Origin: Anthoceros angustus
Lineage: Eukaryota; Plantae; Anthocerotophyta
NCBI GenBank assembly: GCA_010909165.1
Contig: VJWM01000362.1
Coordinates: 1-38,178, forward strand
Direction: 5' to 3'
Length of the DNA: 38,178 nucleotides
The notes under the pieces are model-generated. The model had not been told where the DNA came from and made no database searches. It was given only the letters and a program-made list of their open reading frames with translations. Shown piece after piece: positions 11,220 to 24,257 of the stretch. Every line of letters starts with the position of its first letter. Position 1 is the stretch's first letter. A program made the translations under genes and the position numbers.

Positions 11220-11710
11220 GGTTGCTCAGTCTCTGTACTTCCAGCTCTTCCGGCCTTTCCAGTTCAGTCACATTGCTGAGCGTAAACTACCATCTCCAGT
11301 ATTTGGACCTGGATTCCCTCAACCGTACAGGAGGAAGACGTATCAAGAAATAATCTCTCAGCCCTGTTGCCATCGTCTTAGAAAAGAGATTGTTTACATC
11401 ATCCCCCTCCTGTATCCTCATGAGCGTAAGCCAGAAAAGCAGAACTCTGTTGCTGATTTCTTGATCAGCCTAACAGGCCCCGTTGCATTTTTCTGTGAGC
11501 AAGTAAACCCAGACTGAAAGCATCGGTATACACTACGACCATGGAGGCTAGGATAAGATGATGCAAATGGGATAAGAAGAGCAAGACATAGAGTCGCACG
11601 ATGAGAAGGAATTCTGAAGTCCAGGACATCGTTAGAGAAGGCAAACAAAAGGCTGCAAACTAGCAAGATTGTACACGTCCTCCACATAAGAGGAGAAACA
11701 TTTTTACCTG
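11220..11710 (-). promoter_or_regulatory. Probable 5' leader of the K+ channel, with a leader intron (11493-11707) and uORFs
   Basis: On the minus strand: CAG|GTAAAA donor at 11707, T-rich body, CTCACAG| acceptor at 11493. uORFs at 11488-11465 (7 aa) and 11421-11287 (44 aa). Confidence 0.4.
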
Positions 11711-12684
11711 TACCGCAAAGGCAGGCCTGCTAAATTGTTTCGTGCAGGCCTGTTTCGTGTGCTTCGCCCTCTGAGAACGTCGCAAGCGAACCAACCGGCG
11801 CCGCCTCAATGAGCAGAGGGACCATCAGCAACGCAGCAATGTGGTCTTTTGGAGTTGTGCGGAAGCACCAGAACATGACAAATTCATGGAACGCAAACAG
11901 AAACTGCGCTTGTCTCAAATAGAAACTGCGCTTACATCCGCACTGATATTAGTCTGCGCTTCCAATTCGCAGACTTTGGGATACGAATTATCAGAACTAG
12001 CTCAAAGCCCGTCGCTCATGGCAGCGCAATTTGAGGTAATCCAGCAACAATCGCCGCGGAAGAACATGAATACCAAGTAAACATCAGGCGGGAGAAATCG
12101 AGCTGCCAACTGCCAATATCGGGAAGAGGATCTGTCCAGCGCCAGCGCCAATTCAAGGGAGGCGGGGAGAGAATGTCCGCCGATTCTGGATCTCGGCCAG
12201 AAATATGCACCTGCTCCGTAATCAGGGTGCCGCAATTTAGCCCGCGGATTCTTGTTGCGTGTTGAAATTTCATCGCCGCGGCTGCCACGTTTCCCAGGTC
12301 ACCGCTGTGAAGACAGGCCTGCCAAGCGGCGACCAAGCACTGGACCGTGTCTCATGAACAATCCCAACCGCGGAACGATCGCCTTTTGCAAGCTCTATTT
12401 TGGGCTTCTCCCGGCATCGCCATGTTCAGTGGCATCTACATCAGTTATATATTAGTTACGTCCCAGTTCTAGTTACACCTTTGATAACGATAATCTGGTA
12501 TCAGGATATTATTTCTATGATATATAACCATATATAATAATAAATTATTAGTCTAAAAATAATATAAATAATGCCCCTTACGATGGGGCCACTGAACAAA
12601 CGACACAAAGTGCTAGCTTCCAAGGAGTCTAAGACCTCATCAATTCACTCCTAATTAGAGATATGCACCAACTTTCAGCCCTCT

Positions 12685-12820
12685 CAACCTCGTAATGCAG
12701 CAATAGGCAGCAATAGGCTCCAAGTAGATCGCCATCAACCTCGTAATGCAGCAATAGGCTCCAAGTAGACCGCCATCAACCTCGTAATGCAGCAATAGGC
12801 TCCAAGTAGACCGCCATCAA
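12685..12820. repeat. 41-bp tandem repeat x3 (CAACCTCGTAATGCAGCAATAGGCTCCAAGTAGACCGCCAT)
   Basis: Units start at 12685, 12736 and 12777; the first has an internal 10-bp duplication. Confidence 0.9.
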
Positions 12821-13149
12821 TTCACGACTCACGACCATCTCCTTGAGGGGATGCTCTTTATTCACATAATACACACTTAAATCTATGTCCGGGCGGTTGT
12901 TGTCAAGCACGCTGCGAGCTCTAAAACGAATTGATGACACCATGGTCCGATGGAGGCGGATTCGTGAGGTATTCGCCTCACGGAGCTATGTCTTTGGAAT
13001 CGGCGATGGCCTAGAGGCCGTGCTAAGTGTGGAGTAAAGATCCTTAGTTACACATGTGTGGAAAAGGATGAGAAAGCTAGAGCGATGGCGAAGCGACATC
13101 GGAGTTGCGCAAGTTGTATCGAGATTTTCTTTCGGAGGATGCCAGAGCA

Positions 13150-13841
13150 TATTGCCTACAGATAAGAAGGTAGGTGGCGACAAGCTAGTATAATGAGCCT
13201 CACCAAAAAGACTTAGGCAAGCGACTGGCTAACATAGACCGCCATAGCCATAAGATTGCCATTGGCCTTCTCAAACGCCATTCTAAGTGTAAGACAGAAT
13301 GCTGAATTGTCTCAGGATCCCACACTCCTCACAGTAGTCTTTGAACTGATGGTTGTTGAGTTCTCCCGCATTGTCTGATCTGATGCACCGCAGCTTGCAA
13401 CTAGTGTGCAACTCGGCCATAGAAACAAAAGGTGAGAACACAGCAAATGAGTCACTCTTGAGACGAAGCGGGTACGCAAAGGAGTAGCAGGAATAATCAT
13501 CCATTATCGTCATAAAATGGCGCGCTCCGCCTAAAGGAGTAACAGGGAGAGGTCCACACAAGTCTACGTGAACTAACTCCAAAGGCTGAGAAGCCCTATG
13601 AGAAGGAAGACCAGAGTAGGGAGAGCTCCGCTGCTTAGCGAGCAGACACGCTTCAAAGAGAGGTGGTGTCTTGGCTAAGGAGGGCAGCTTATCTCGATAC
13701 AAGTCTTGTTGAGTCATGGCAACGAGCTTGGCAGGATTGAGGTGCCCAAGTCGACAGTGCCAAAGTAGAGCATTCCCAGATGAAGGGAGCCCAGGTGGTG
13801 AGGCAACCTTAGAAGATGCCACCACCAAGCAATTGTAGTGT
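13150..13841 (-). mobile_element. Ty1/copia GAG-pre-integrase plus integrase core (degenerate); no RT/RNaseH recognisable
   Basis: LLWHCRLGHLN..EACLLAKQ (decayed HHCC), PLELVHVDLCGP, FMTIMDDYS, IRSDNAGE, GILRQFS, followed by frameshifted NGV.EKAN and ATYLL-like motifs. Confidence 0.9.
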
Positions 13842-14472
13842 TTGGAAGACCACATGTACACTAACCCTTCCCTGGACTATCGGTTTGAACGTTTTTTTTT
13901 GTTTTTCTCATGTCTGGAGTGATGGAGTGCTTAGGAAATGTCTGAGGCAAAGACCTTTTATACCAAAAGTGGTCCTTGGCCCATGGCAATATTACTTCCA
14001 CAAATAATTAGTCCTTGGGCCTCGAAGTGTATGTCAGGCCAGGCTAGAAGGTCCTTGGACCTTGGGATTTTTAGGAATAAAAATTGTCTATATATGGTGG
14101 GGGGACTCTTCATTCAGCAATAGTGGTGCAGGGGAGTGGAAGGTGGCTAGTTCCACAACGGTGGTCGAGTATGGAACGTACGGATATAGGCCGGGAGTTA
14201 ACAACCCTAGTGAGGTGCAGTGGCAAAGCAGTCGGGCGCAACTAGAAGAAAACCGCACCTTACGGAAGTCTGCGAGATTTCAAAGGCGGGCGGTGAGATT
14301 CGGCCAGGCGGAATTCGGTGGAGTTGAGTGAAGGCGCGCCAGACGCAGACGCTCGGGGACGAGGGTTTTTTTCGGCACGGCACCGTGATCCGTGGGAGGA
14401 GGCGGTGGAGTGTGCGGTCTACCAGGCGGCAGTAGAGGAGAGCCCCAAGACGGGCGAGCCGGTTGGTGTAGT

Positions 14473-14720
14473 CTCGAGGCGGGAGCCTGGTGAGCGGAGT
14501 GGGGTGGTCGAGCTCGAAGGGGACTTCCTCCGGGCGTGGATCGGGGCATAGCCTAGGCGGTTTGAACCGGATAGGAGCGGGAAGGAGGAGATGGCGCCTC
14601 GAGGCGGGAGCCTGTGTTGAGTGGGGTGGTCGAGCTCGAAGGGGACTTCCTCGGGTGGATCGGGGCATAGCCTAGGCGGTTTGAACCGGATAGGAGCGGG
14701 AAGGAGGAGATGGCGCCTCG
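14473..14720. repeat. ~125-bp direct tandem duplication
   Basis: CTCGAGGCGGGAGCCTG...GAGATGGCGCCTCG occurs at 14473-14601 and 14598-14720. Confidence 0.85.
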
Positions 14721-15160
14721 GGCTGCGGCAGAGATTCCCACTACGCAATGCCCAACATGGATCATTGGAAGGTTAGAGCTGGTGGCCTTGTGCAGGAGCT
14801 GGGTCTGAACTCCATGGAGAAGAAGTAATAGCGTCTCTCAGCATAGGGGTTTTTCTCCATTAAAGGGGTTTGGGTCCCTAAAGACCAAAAAATGACCCCC
14901 GAAAACGGGCCAAAATGCATCATCTTTAGCAAAACCACTCTTTAGACATGTACTGAAAGACATTGACCATGTTATTTTCTTGTGAATACTTACGCTAACA
15001 GGGTTTAAGCCGAAGAAGGTTCATGGATTTCACCTTCACAAGGAAGGATTTCAAGGATTTTAACGGTGCTAGGAATCCTAAACACCTCTTTCATGACGAT
15101 AGTACTTCCTAGCGGGGTGAGCAGTAGGCAAACCAAACAAAACTAGTCCGACAAGCCAAA

Positions 15161-15452
15161 GCTGCGGACGTCCGGCGCAACCAACATAAAAGTAGCAATT
15201 CGGGCGAAGAAGCAAGCTAGGACGTCCGGTGCAATTGTGAGAGAACATTAACCGATAGCCTGATCATGGCTATCTCGAGAGGACCAAACTACGACTCTAG
15301 AAAGTAGCGCTAGACGTCTGGTGCACTGTGAGTACACAACCCTAGGATCTCCATTGTTAGAGTGAAAACCATAAGAAGGAATTGGAGCAATGCGCCGGAC
15401 GTTCGGCACATTGGCGCGAGTCTGCTAAAGCCTGCGCCGGACGTCCAGTGCA
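15161..15452. repeat. Cluster of imperfect palindromes, consensus TGCGCCGGACGTCCGGCGCA
   Basis: Copies at ~15163, 15220, 15312, 15391 and 15433; another at 17114. Confidence 0.75.
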
Positions 15453-15479
15453 AATGTATATATATTGTTTGTATCTCTT

Positions 15480-16130
15480 GGGTGGAGATAGACACATTGG
15501 CATAAGAACTCCAAGGTTAAGCACCCTTGGGTTAGATTAGTACTAGGATGGGGTGCTTGACTTTGTTGTTTTGAGAACTCCACGATTGAGCACTCTTGGG
15601 TCGGATTAGTACTAGGATGGGTTGCTTGTTTTTGGCGCTTTGAAAACTTTGTAACAACTCCACTGTGAAGCAACTCTGGTAAGGGTGGAGATAGACACAT
15701 TGGCATAAGAACAGACACATTGGCATAAGAACTCCAAGGTTAAGCACCCCTAGGTTGAATTAGTACTAGGATGGGGTGCTTGACTTTGGTGTTTTGAGAA
15801 CTCCACGATTAAGCACTCTTGGGTCGGATTAGTACTAGGATGGGTTTTCTTGTTTTGGCGCTTTGAAAACTTTGTAACAACTCCGGATCGGTGGGTGGAG
15901 ATAGACACATTGGCATGGAGACACTGGCATAAGAACTCCAAGGTTAAGCACCCTTGGGTTAGATTAGTACTAGGATGGGGTGCTTGACTTTGTTGTTTTG
16001 AGAACTCCAAGGTTAAGCACTCTTGGGTCGGATTAGTACTAGGATGGGTTTTCTTGTTTTGGCGCTTTGAAAACTTTGTAACAACTCCACTCAAGCAACC
16101 TAGAGGTGTATCAATACTAGGATGGAGTGT
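15480..16130. repeat. Satellite-like array: ~69-bp subunits in a ~205-bp higher-order unit
   Basis: GGTGGAGATAGACACATTGGCAT at 15481, 15684 and 15894. GATTAGTACTAGGATGGG recurs about every 69 bp within units. Confidence 0.88.
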
Positions 16131-17279
16131 TGATTTTTAGTGGTTTGAAAAATTTGTAAATCATCCGGTATCTAGGCGTAAAGTCATGAATATTATTTTT
16201 GAAAATCATTTGTTGGTTGATGTTATATTCCCACATTCGCTTTGTATACAACATGTAAAACCTTTTGGCCTTACTCTATGTGCCCCTACCAATGACTTGC
16301 AATTTGGATCTCTTTGATTGGTGCGCCAAAATGTCCGCTCATTCGAGTTTGATGCACGTATAGATGCATAGGCCTTGGTTTCTAGATGAGCTACATTTTC
16401 CAAAATTCGACATGTATGATGGTGGTTTCTAATGGCCAACCTTTTGAAGGCGACAATGTTTCACAATGTTTTGCAGAGAAGCAAGAAAATAAATAGAATA
16501 GATGATTTGTCCTTGAGTAATGAAAGCCTGTCGGATGCAGTCGAACACAAGTATAAGAGAGCATCTGCACAGAGCTAGCGAGCCGTGTATCAAGAAAGAG
16601 GGGTGATCGCCCGGTGGGGTTTTGACCAAATGGTGAGTATTTCGGTGAGGCTCGAAGGAGGACACATCTCACCTTGTGATGCCCATTACACGTGTTACTA
16701 GGTGTTCGAGAGACAAACTATAGCCAAGCTTCGCCGGAGATTTTGAATTTAAAATCGACTTGCTCCATGTGCCACCCATGGATAGATTAAGGTTGAAAGC
16801 GATGCGGACTTGACAAGAAGAAATGTAAGCTTTGAAGAGTTTGATCAAGAGCGGTTGAGGAGGCCTCACCATCCTTTACCTTGTCCAATTCTGCTGAGGC
16901 CTAATCTGAGATCTAAGTGCGGCTTATCTCACACGGAGGGGCGGTCAGCATGCCGTATGGGATTGCTCGAATCACGAGGTTGAAAAGAGAATTGATGTGA
17001 GTGTTGGTGCGGTGGCAAGTGTGCACAAGCAACTTGAACGAAAGTGCTTGCCTACACAAGTATTGACGCAACCCTCTCCAAACCCGGTGTATTGCACCTC
17101 TTTGGAGTATAAGTGCGCCGGACGTTCGGCGCACTCCAGCTCTTTGGAGCATAAGTGCGCCAGTCATCCGGCCACTTGGTACAAAGGTGTGTCCGCATTT
17201 GTGCGGACGGTGGGCACATTAGGTCTTCTTTTGGGCTCGGATGCATGGGCTGTGGGTTCGCAAATCACTGAAAACAGTG

Positions 17280-18482
17280 AAATGAGACATGTGCATTTCT
17301 GGATGGTTGGGGCCAAAATGGGGTTCGGAGACAAACCCTATCTTTGGCTCTTGTTAAGTGGTGTGTCGGTCCCGACCTTGTGCGAGTGTGCCCGCCAATT
17401 GAAGGCCAAGTCGCAAGAGGGTGACATGAGGCAGAGGCCGCAAAATTGGGACCGGGAACTCTTCCGGGCGGTGTATGGGCGGGAGGAGTCGGAGGCAGGG
17501 CACAGTGATTGACCCCAGGAAGAAGACCTTGAAGCGGCAATTATGAAGCACGGGAGGTGCAGGCTAACAATGGATGGGTGACTGTCAGCGCATCCGTGCA
17601 ACTCGTAATGGCCAAGTGGATTTTGTGCTTCCTGCAGAACAGGAAGCTGGATCACATGGCGGACCACTTCCTGGTCTTCCTCCATGAAGTAGTTAAGTTA
17701 ACTACTTCATGGGGCACGCGGATTGACTGGGGCAGAATAATTTTTGAGAGGGCGTGTGAAGAGAGGGCGAACTTGCTCTCCTCCACTCCTCGTCCCTCTC
17801 TGATCTCGCCCTTCTTGATTCATGTATTTGCGCATTCCAAGTGTCTAACTGAGTTGGAGGTTATGTCTGCCCTCCATAGCTGGAAGCCGGTCAGGGAGCT
17901 CACGGTAGAAGAAGAGGAGACCAAGGAAGATTCGGGAGGACTCCAGTTGGGAATTTGCGGCCCCGAATTGATGAAGCAGGTCGCAAAGAGCCGGAAAAGG
18001 CGAGGCGGCAGGGGGAGTCGACCAAGAAGGGGAAAACGGCCGCGAGGGGCGAGCCGCAACCACACCGGGTCACAGTCGAGGCGGAACCACGGGAGAAGGA
18101 GGGAAGGCAAAAGGAAAGCGGTGGGTTATCCCTGCTGGTGTGGAGGGCAGTCATAGCTGTAGGGAGTTTTTATGAATGAGGAGGCGGTTGCGGACCAACT
18201 CCTAGGGAGGAAGAATTAACTCCGTGGGGGTTCACATCGGAGTTGAAGGACATTTTGGGGATACTCTTTTGGCCTATCCATTTCGGGTGGAGGCAAGTGA
18301 CACAGAGTCAGGGCCCGATGTGGAAGGGATGGGGCCGCCAATTTGGTGACTGCGAGGATCGACTTGTAATGACTCGAGACCAGTGGATCTTCTCGACCAA
18401 GCGACCATGGCTCTCACGGCTTAGTATGCGGGCGCAAGAGGCACTCAAGGAAAAGTTGGAGGGAGTGAAGGCGAAAAGGTAG
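17280..18482 (+). mobile_element. TE accessory ORF (frameshifted), resembling retrotransposon extra-ORF / putative plant transposon protein
   Basis: NNGW..KWILCFL..GTRIDWGRIIFE..SLISPFLIHVF followed by an acidic/basic low-complexity tail and a short coiled-coil-like end. The family assignment is from recalled motif resemblance, not a search. Confidence 0.45.
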
Positions 18483-20552
18483 CGGAGGACCGCGGGAGTG
18501 TGAAGAGTCACTAAGCAAGACACGGAGGAGGCGGGGATATGTCCACCCAACAGAGGCCTGGTGACCCCAGAAGGCAGCAGAACCACGGGAGAAGGAGGGA
18601 AGGCAAAAGGAAAGCGGTGGGTTATCCCTGCTGGTGTGGAGGCAGTCGCTGATAGGGAGTTTTTATGAATGAGGAGGCAGTTGCAGACCAACTCCTAGGG
18701 AGGAAGAATTAACTCCGTGGGGGTTCACATCGGAGTTGAAGGACATTTTGGGGATACTCTTTTGGCCTATCCATTTCGGGTGGAGGCAAGTGACACAGAG
18801 TCAGGGCCCGATGTGGAAGGGATGGGGCCGCCCAATTTGGTGACTGCGAGGATCGACTTGTAATGACTCGAGACCAGTCGGATCTTCTCGACCAAGCGAC
18901 CATGGCTCTCACGGCTTAGTATGCGGGCGCAAGAGGGTGACATGAGGCGAGGCGCAAAATTGGGACAGGAACTCTTAAGGCGGTGTATGGGCGGGAGGAG
19001 TCGGAGGCAGGGCACAGTGATTGACCCCAGGAAGAAGACCTTGAAGGCGCAGTGGCAATTATGAAGCACGGGAGGTGCAAAGCTAACAATGGATGGGTGA
19101 CATCAACCGCATCCGTGCAACTCGTAATGGCCAAGTGGATTTTGTGCTTCTGCGAGCAGGCTGGATCACATGGCGGACCACTTCACAGTCTTCCTCCATG
19201 AAGTAGTTAAGTTAACTACTTAAATACGGATTAGGGCGAGAATAATTTTTGAGAGGCGTGTGAAGAGAGGCGAACTTGCTCTCCTCCACTCCTCGTCCCT
19301 CTCGATCTCGCCCTTCTTGATTCATGTATTTGCGCATTCCAAGTGTCTAAGCGAGTTGGAGGTTATACGCCCTCCATGGAAGCCGGTCGAGAGCTCACGG
19401 TAGAAGAAGAAGAGGAGACCAAGGAAGATTCGGGAGGACTCCAGTTGGGAATTTGCGGCCCCGATTCGGGCAGGAGAGGTCGCAAGAGCCGGAAAAAAGC
19501 AGGCGGCAGGGGGGGTCGACCAAGAAGGAAGACAGCCGATGGGGCGGAGCCGCAACCACACCGGGTCACAGTCGAAGGCAGCAGAACCACGGGAGAAGGA
19601 GGGAAGGCAAAAGGAAAGCGGTGGGTTATCCCTGCTGGTGTGGAGGGCAGTCTAGCTAGGGAGTTTTTATGAATGAGGAGGCGGTTGCGGACCAACTCCT
19701 AGGGAGGAAGAATTAACTCCGGCGGGGTTCACATCGGAGTTGAAGGACATTTTGGGGATACTCTTTTGGCCTATCCATTTCGGGTGGAGGCAACACTGAC
19801 CCGTCAGCGATGTGGAAGGGATGGGGCCGCCCAATTTGGTGACTGCGAGGATCGACTGGCTGACCAGTCGGATCTTCTCGACCAAGCGACCATGGCTCTC
19901 ACGGCTTAGTATGCATGCAAGCGGGTTGCTCAAGGAAAAGTTGGAGGGAGTGAAGGCGAAAAGGTAGCGGAGGACCGCGGGAGTGTGAAGAGTCACTAAG
20001 CAAGACACGGAGGAGGCGGGGATATGTCCACCCAACAGAGGCCTGGTGACCCCAGAAGGCAGCAGAACCACGGGAGAAGGAGGGAAGGCAAAAGGAAAGC
20101 GGTGGGTTATCCCTGCTGGTGTGGAGGCAGTCGCTGATAGGGAGTTTTTATGAATGAGGAGGCGGTTGCGGACCAACTCCTAGGGAGGAAGAATTAACTC
20201 CCGTGGGGGTTCACATCGGAGTTGAAGGACATTTTGGGGATACTCTTTTGGCCTATCCAGGCTGGGTGGAGGCAAGTGACTGACCCGTCACGGGGCCCGA
20301 TGTGGAAGGGATGGGCACTTGCCCAATTTGGTGACTGCGAGGATCGACTTGCATGACCACTCGAGACCAGTCGGATCTTCTCGACCAAGCGACCATGGCT
20401 CTCACCAAGTGTATGACAAGAGGCACTCAAGGAAAAGTTGGAGGGAGTGAAGAGCGAGAAAAGGTAGCGGAGGACCGCAGCGGGAGTGTGAAGAGTCACT
20501 AAGCAAGACACGGAGGCGGGGATATGTCCACCCAACAGAGGCCTGGTGACCC
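17413..20552. repeat. Nested tandem duplications A-B-B'-A-B-B
   Basis: A starts at 17413 and 18930. B (GAACCACGGGAGAAGG...) starts at ~18084, 18580, 19584 and 20065. Copies differ mainly by small indels. Confidence 0.9.
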
Positions 20553-20793
20553 AAGTATTAAGGCAGACGCGGGCGTCACGGCCGAGCAGTCGAGGCCGTT
20601 AGGCCGAGACCGTTCTCGTGCGCCAGCGCCCGTTTCTAAGGCGGCCGAGGATGGGGCCGAGACGCGCCACTCGGCTGCCGAGGCGGCGGTAGAATGCTGT
20701 CTGACAGAGTTGTTGCCCTATCCACCCGACATAGCTTTCTTTCTCTCTCTTTCAAGCAAAAGTTACCAGTTTTCACTTTCGTACTTTATAGTG

Positions 20794-23218
20794 TTCGAGC
20801 TTTTCTCCATCATTTTACCTTAGTATTTTCATAGTTTTAGGGTTACCTTACTTTCTAAGTATCTTCTACCCGAGTTGAAAGGGTATACACGGTCGATCCC
20901 CATCTTTTGACATCTGTTGCATCTTTGACCATCCATGGTATACTTTAAGCTCTGCGGTTCTTAAGTTCTGAGGCGTTCAAAAACCGATTGATGCTTACCA
21001 ACTTCTTGGTATAAGCGTTTAGATTTCGTACAAGAAATGGAAATTGTTAAGCGCGACGCCTAGTGTGTTCGATGATGGTACTCGATCGCTCTCGCGTTGT
21101 GTGACATCGCCTTAGTGGAAGCCAAGCGACTTGTTGCCTACACAGCGGATCGGTTTACGTGAGGAGGGCGGTAATAATATTGTTGAACACATGGTTGATT
21201 ACCTTGCTTTTCGTTGAAGTCGCGAGTCAGCGCCGAGGTGAAACGACCAAGAGTGCTGCACAAAGGGATTAGCGTCGATCATTTCATACGATGAAACGGA
21301 CATCAAACTCAGTCATGGTCTATTTCTTCTGCAAAGACATCAAAACTTATCGACGTTTCTTGATTAGTGGCTTTTGATCGACGAAAGGCGCTTTACAATG
21401 ATAACATGCACAAACACATGGCGGACGGAACACCGCACATGCGTGCGCATAGATAACAACAGACCAACGTATCACGTTTCTACAACATCGAAAAGTGAGC
21501 CTACACTAAAACCTTCTTGAAACAAATTGCATATTGCAAGAAATCGATTCAGTCCGAAACTAACTGGAAGAGCGTAGGAACACCTTGGTGGAACCAAGCG
21601 ACTTGTTGCCTACACCGAAAAGCGGATCGGTTTACGTGAGGAGGATTGACAACAATATTCTTTGAACTTGTGCTTGATTACCTTGCTTTTCGTTGAAGTG
21701 CCGCGAGTCAACGCGATTCTTAACGACCAAGAGTCTGCACAAAGAGAATATCGTCGGTCATTTCACACGGAGAATCGATATCAAACTCATTCATGGGCTA
21801 TTTCTTCTGCGCAAAGAGATCCAAAGGCCACCGTGCGCTTCAACACTTCCCACATGAAGCACGGCTTTGCGTGAAAGCCACAAACCACCGGGATTGTCGG
21901 GTGGCGGTGATTTCCTCTCCTCGCCGTGGCCGATGCGCCGTCGCCTCCGCCACCACCATGGCGGACGTGTAGTGCTGCCGCGTGGTCGATCGGGGAGTGT
22001 TGAGCTTTTCTCCATCATTTTACCTTAGTATTTTCATAGTTTTAGGGTTCGCTTACTTTCTAAGTATCTTCTACCCGAGTTGAAAGGGTATACACGGTCG
22101 ATCCCCATCTGCGGTCTTTGTTGCATCTTCGACATACTACATCACGTATACTTTAAGCTCTGCGGTTCTTAAGTTACTGAGGCGTTCAAAAACCGATTGA
22201 TGCTTACCAACTTCTTGGTATAAGCGTTTAGATTTCGTACACAAGAAATGGAAATTGTTAAGCGCGACGCCTAGTGTGTTCGATGATGGTACTCGATCGC
22301 TCTGTTGTGCTTGACATCGCCTTAGTGGAAGCCAAGCGACTTGTTGCCTACACCGGCGTCTGGATTAGTTTCCGTCGGGCGATGACAATATTGTTGAACA
22401 TGGTTGATTACCTTGCTTTTCGTTGAAGTGCCGCGAGTCAGCGCCGAGGTGAAACGACCAGTCTTGCACAAAGGGATTAGCGTCGATCATTTCATACGAT
22501 GAAACGGACATCAAACTCGGTCATGGTCTATTTCTTACTGCGCAAAGACATCAAAACTTATCGACGTTTCTTGATTAGTGGCTTTTGATCGAGGCGAAGA
22601 CGCTTTACAATGATAACATGCACAAACACATGGCGACGGAACACCGCACATGCTGTACACGCATACAGATAACAACAGACCAACGTATCACGTTTCTACA
22701 ACATCGGGCCAGAGTGAGCCTACACTAAAACCTTCTTGAAACAAATTGCATATTGCAAGAAATCAGGTCTGAAACTAACCTGGAAGAGCGTAGGAACACC
22801 TTGGTGGAACCAAGCGACTTGTTGCCTACACACTGAAAACGGATCAGTTTCTGTGAGGAGGATTGACGATAATATTGCTGAACTTGTGCTCGATTACCTT
22901 GCTTTTCGTTGAAGTGCCGTCGCGAGTCAACGCAGAATTCTTAACGACCAAGAGTGCTGCACAAAGAGAATATCGTCAGTCATTTCACACAGGAGAATCG
23001 ATATCAAACTCATTCATGGGCTATTTCTTCTGCGCAAAGAGATCCACCACCGTGCGCTTCAACACTTCCCACATGAAGCACGGCTTCAGCCACAAACCAC
23101 CGGGATTGTCGGGTGGCGGTGATTTCCTCTCCTCGCCGTGGCCGATGCGCCGTCGCCTCCGCCACCACCATGGCGGACGTGCCAGCCGCGCGTCGTCGAT
23201 CGAGCCCGTGTTGAGCTT
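20794..23218. repeat. ~1.2-kb tandem duplication, each copy containing a diverged ~475-bp internal repeat
   Basis: GAGCTTTTCTCCATCATTTTACC at ~20797 and 22002. GTGGAA(G)CCAAGCGACTTGTTGCCTACA at ~21115, 21588, 22325 and 22804. Confidence 0.9.
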
Positions 23219-24257
23219 GGGCGCTCCACGCACGCGGCCAAACCTTCACGTCGATTGTTCACCTCCGGTGCGGTACAGCGCATTCCGACGTCTTTGGAAC
23301 TTCAAGGAGAGCGGCACTGGAGCCGATCCAGCGTTCATGATCCATTCGACTTCCGCCTTGTTCATCCTTTCTCGATCTCGACTTCTCATCCATGGCGGCC
23401 GATCGATTCACTGGACTCCGGCGTCATGCGCGCAGGCGATCGCGCTTATCGTTGCACGGCGATGTCTTGCACCGGTCGGCGCCGGGGATGACGATGCGGT
23501 GTAAGATCTTTGGCGGCGTGATGGGCGGGGATGCTGGGCGCGGTGGCGATCTCGCGCCAACTCGCCCGGGCTTCGGCTGCACTCGATAAATTTGGAGCGA
23601 TACAGCAGGCAAGATTAGCATCGCCCAAGAAGGACCAGCAAGGATGACTTCACAAATGCACACATGGTGGCTGGCATCACAAATCCGCAGATGATCAAAG
23701 CGAAGAAACGAGAGTTCCGGTGGCGGCGATCACCTCGGGAGGATCTTTGATCGTAAAGAGCGCCGAGGATGCAAAACCTCCCGAGAGAGCGCGGGGATGA
23801 TGGCGATGCGGTGTAAGATCTTTGGCGGCGTCAGTAACTGGCGGCGTGAGCGACCCTACACCCGGATGCGGAACCTTTTGCAATCAATAGCACCAAAAAC
23901 ACGGTGAGCTTGGCGTGATGGGCGGTGGCGGCTGGTTTAGGGTGGCGATTGTTTTATGTCTTGAAGTTTTAGGGTTCTAGATGGTTCGTGGTGTCAACGT
24001 GGCGAGCTCGATTCGGCGGGTTTGTGTTACGCCACCACGCCGCTTTGGGGTTGGACATTAGGTTTGGTGGAGGTAGGCTAGGTTTGGTGAAGGTAAGCTA
24101 GGTTTGGAACTTGGAAACTAGGTTTGGGTGAGGAGGCGGCGGCAGATCGCGAACCTAGATATGTTTGGACCCGGCTCGGTATTTTAGGTTCGAGAAATTC
24201 AAATGTGGTTTGGTAGAGAGAGAATGGGCGCCAGTGAGAAGCTAGGGTTTCTTGGCC

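Noticed and set aside
12496-12504. TGGTATCAG as a primer-binding site
   Set aside because: Only 9 nt, no preceding CA LTR end and no downstream gag.
12843-12856. TTGAGGGGGA-TG polypurine tract as the 3' end of the split copia
   Set aside because: Wrong strand for that element, and no second LTR copy to confirm a separate one.
22863-23504. 213-aa plus-strand ORF
   Set aside because: No recognisable motif, not preserved as one ORF in the duplicate copy, and splice-like signals favour the minus strand.
20836-23976. TTTAGGG telomere repeats
   Set aside because: Isolated single units (telo-box-like), not an array.
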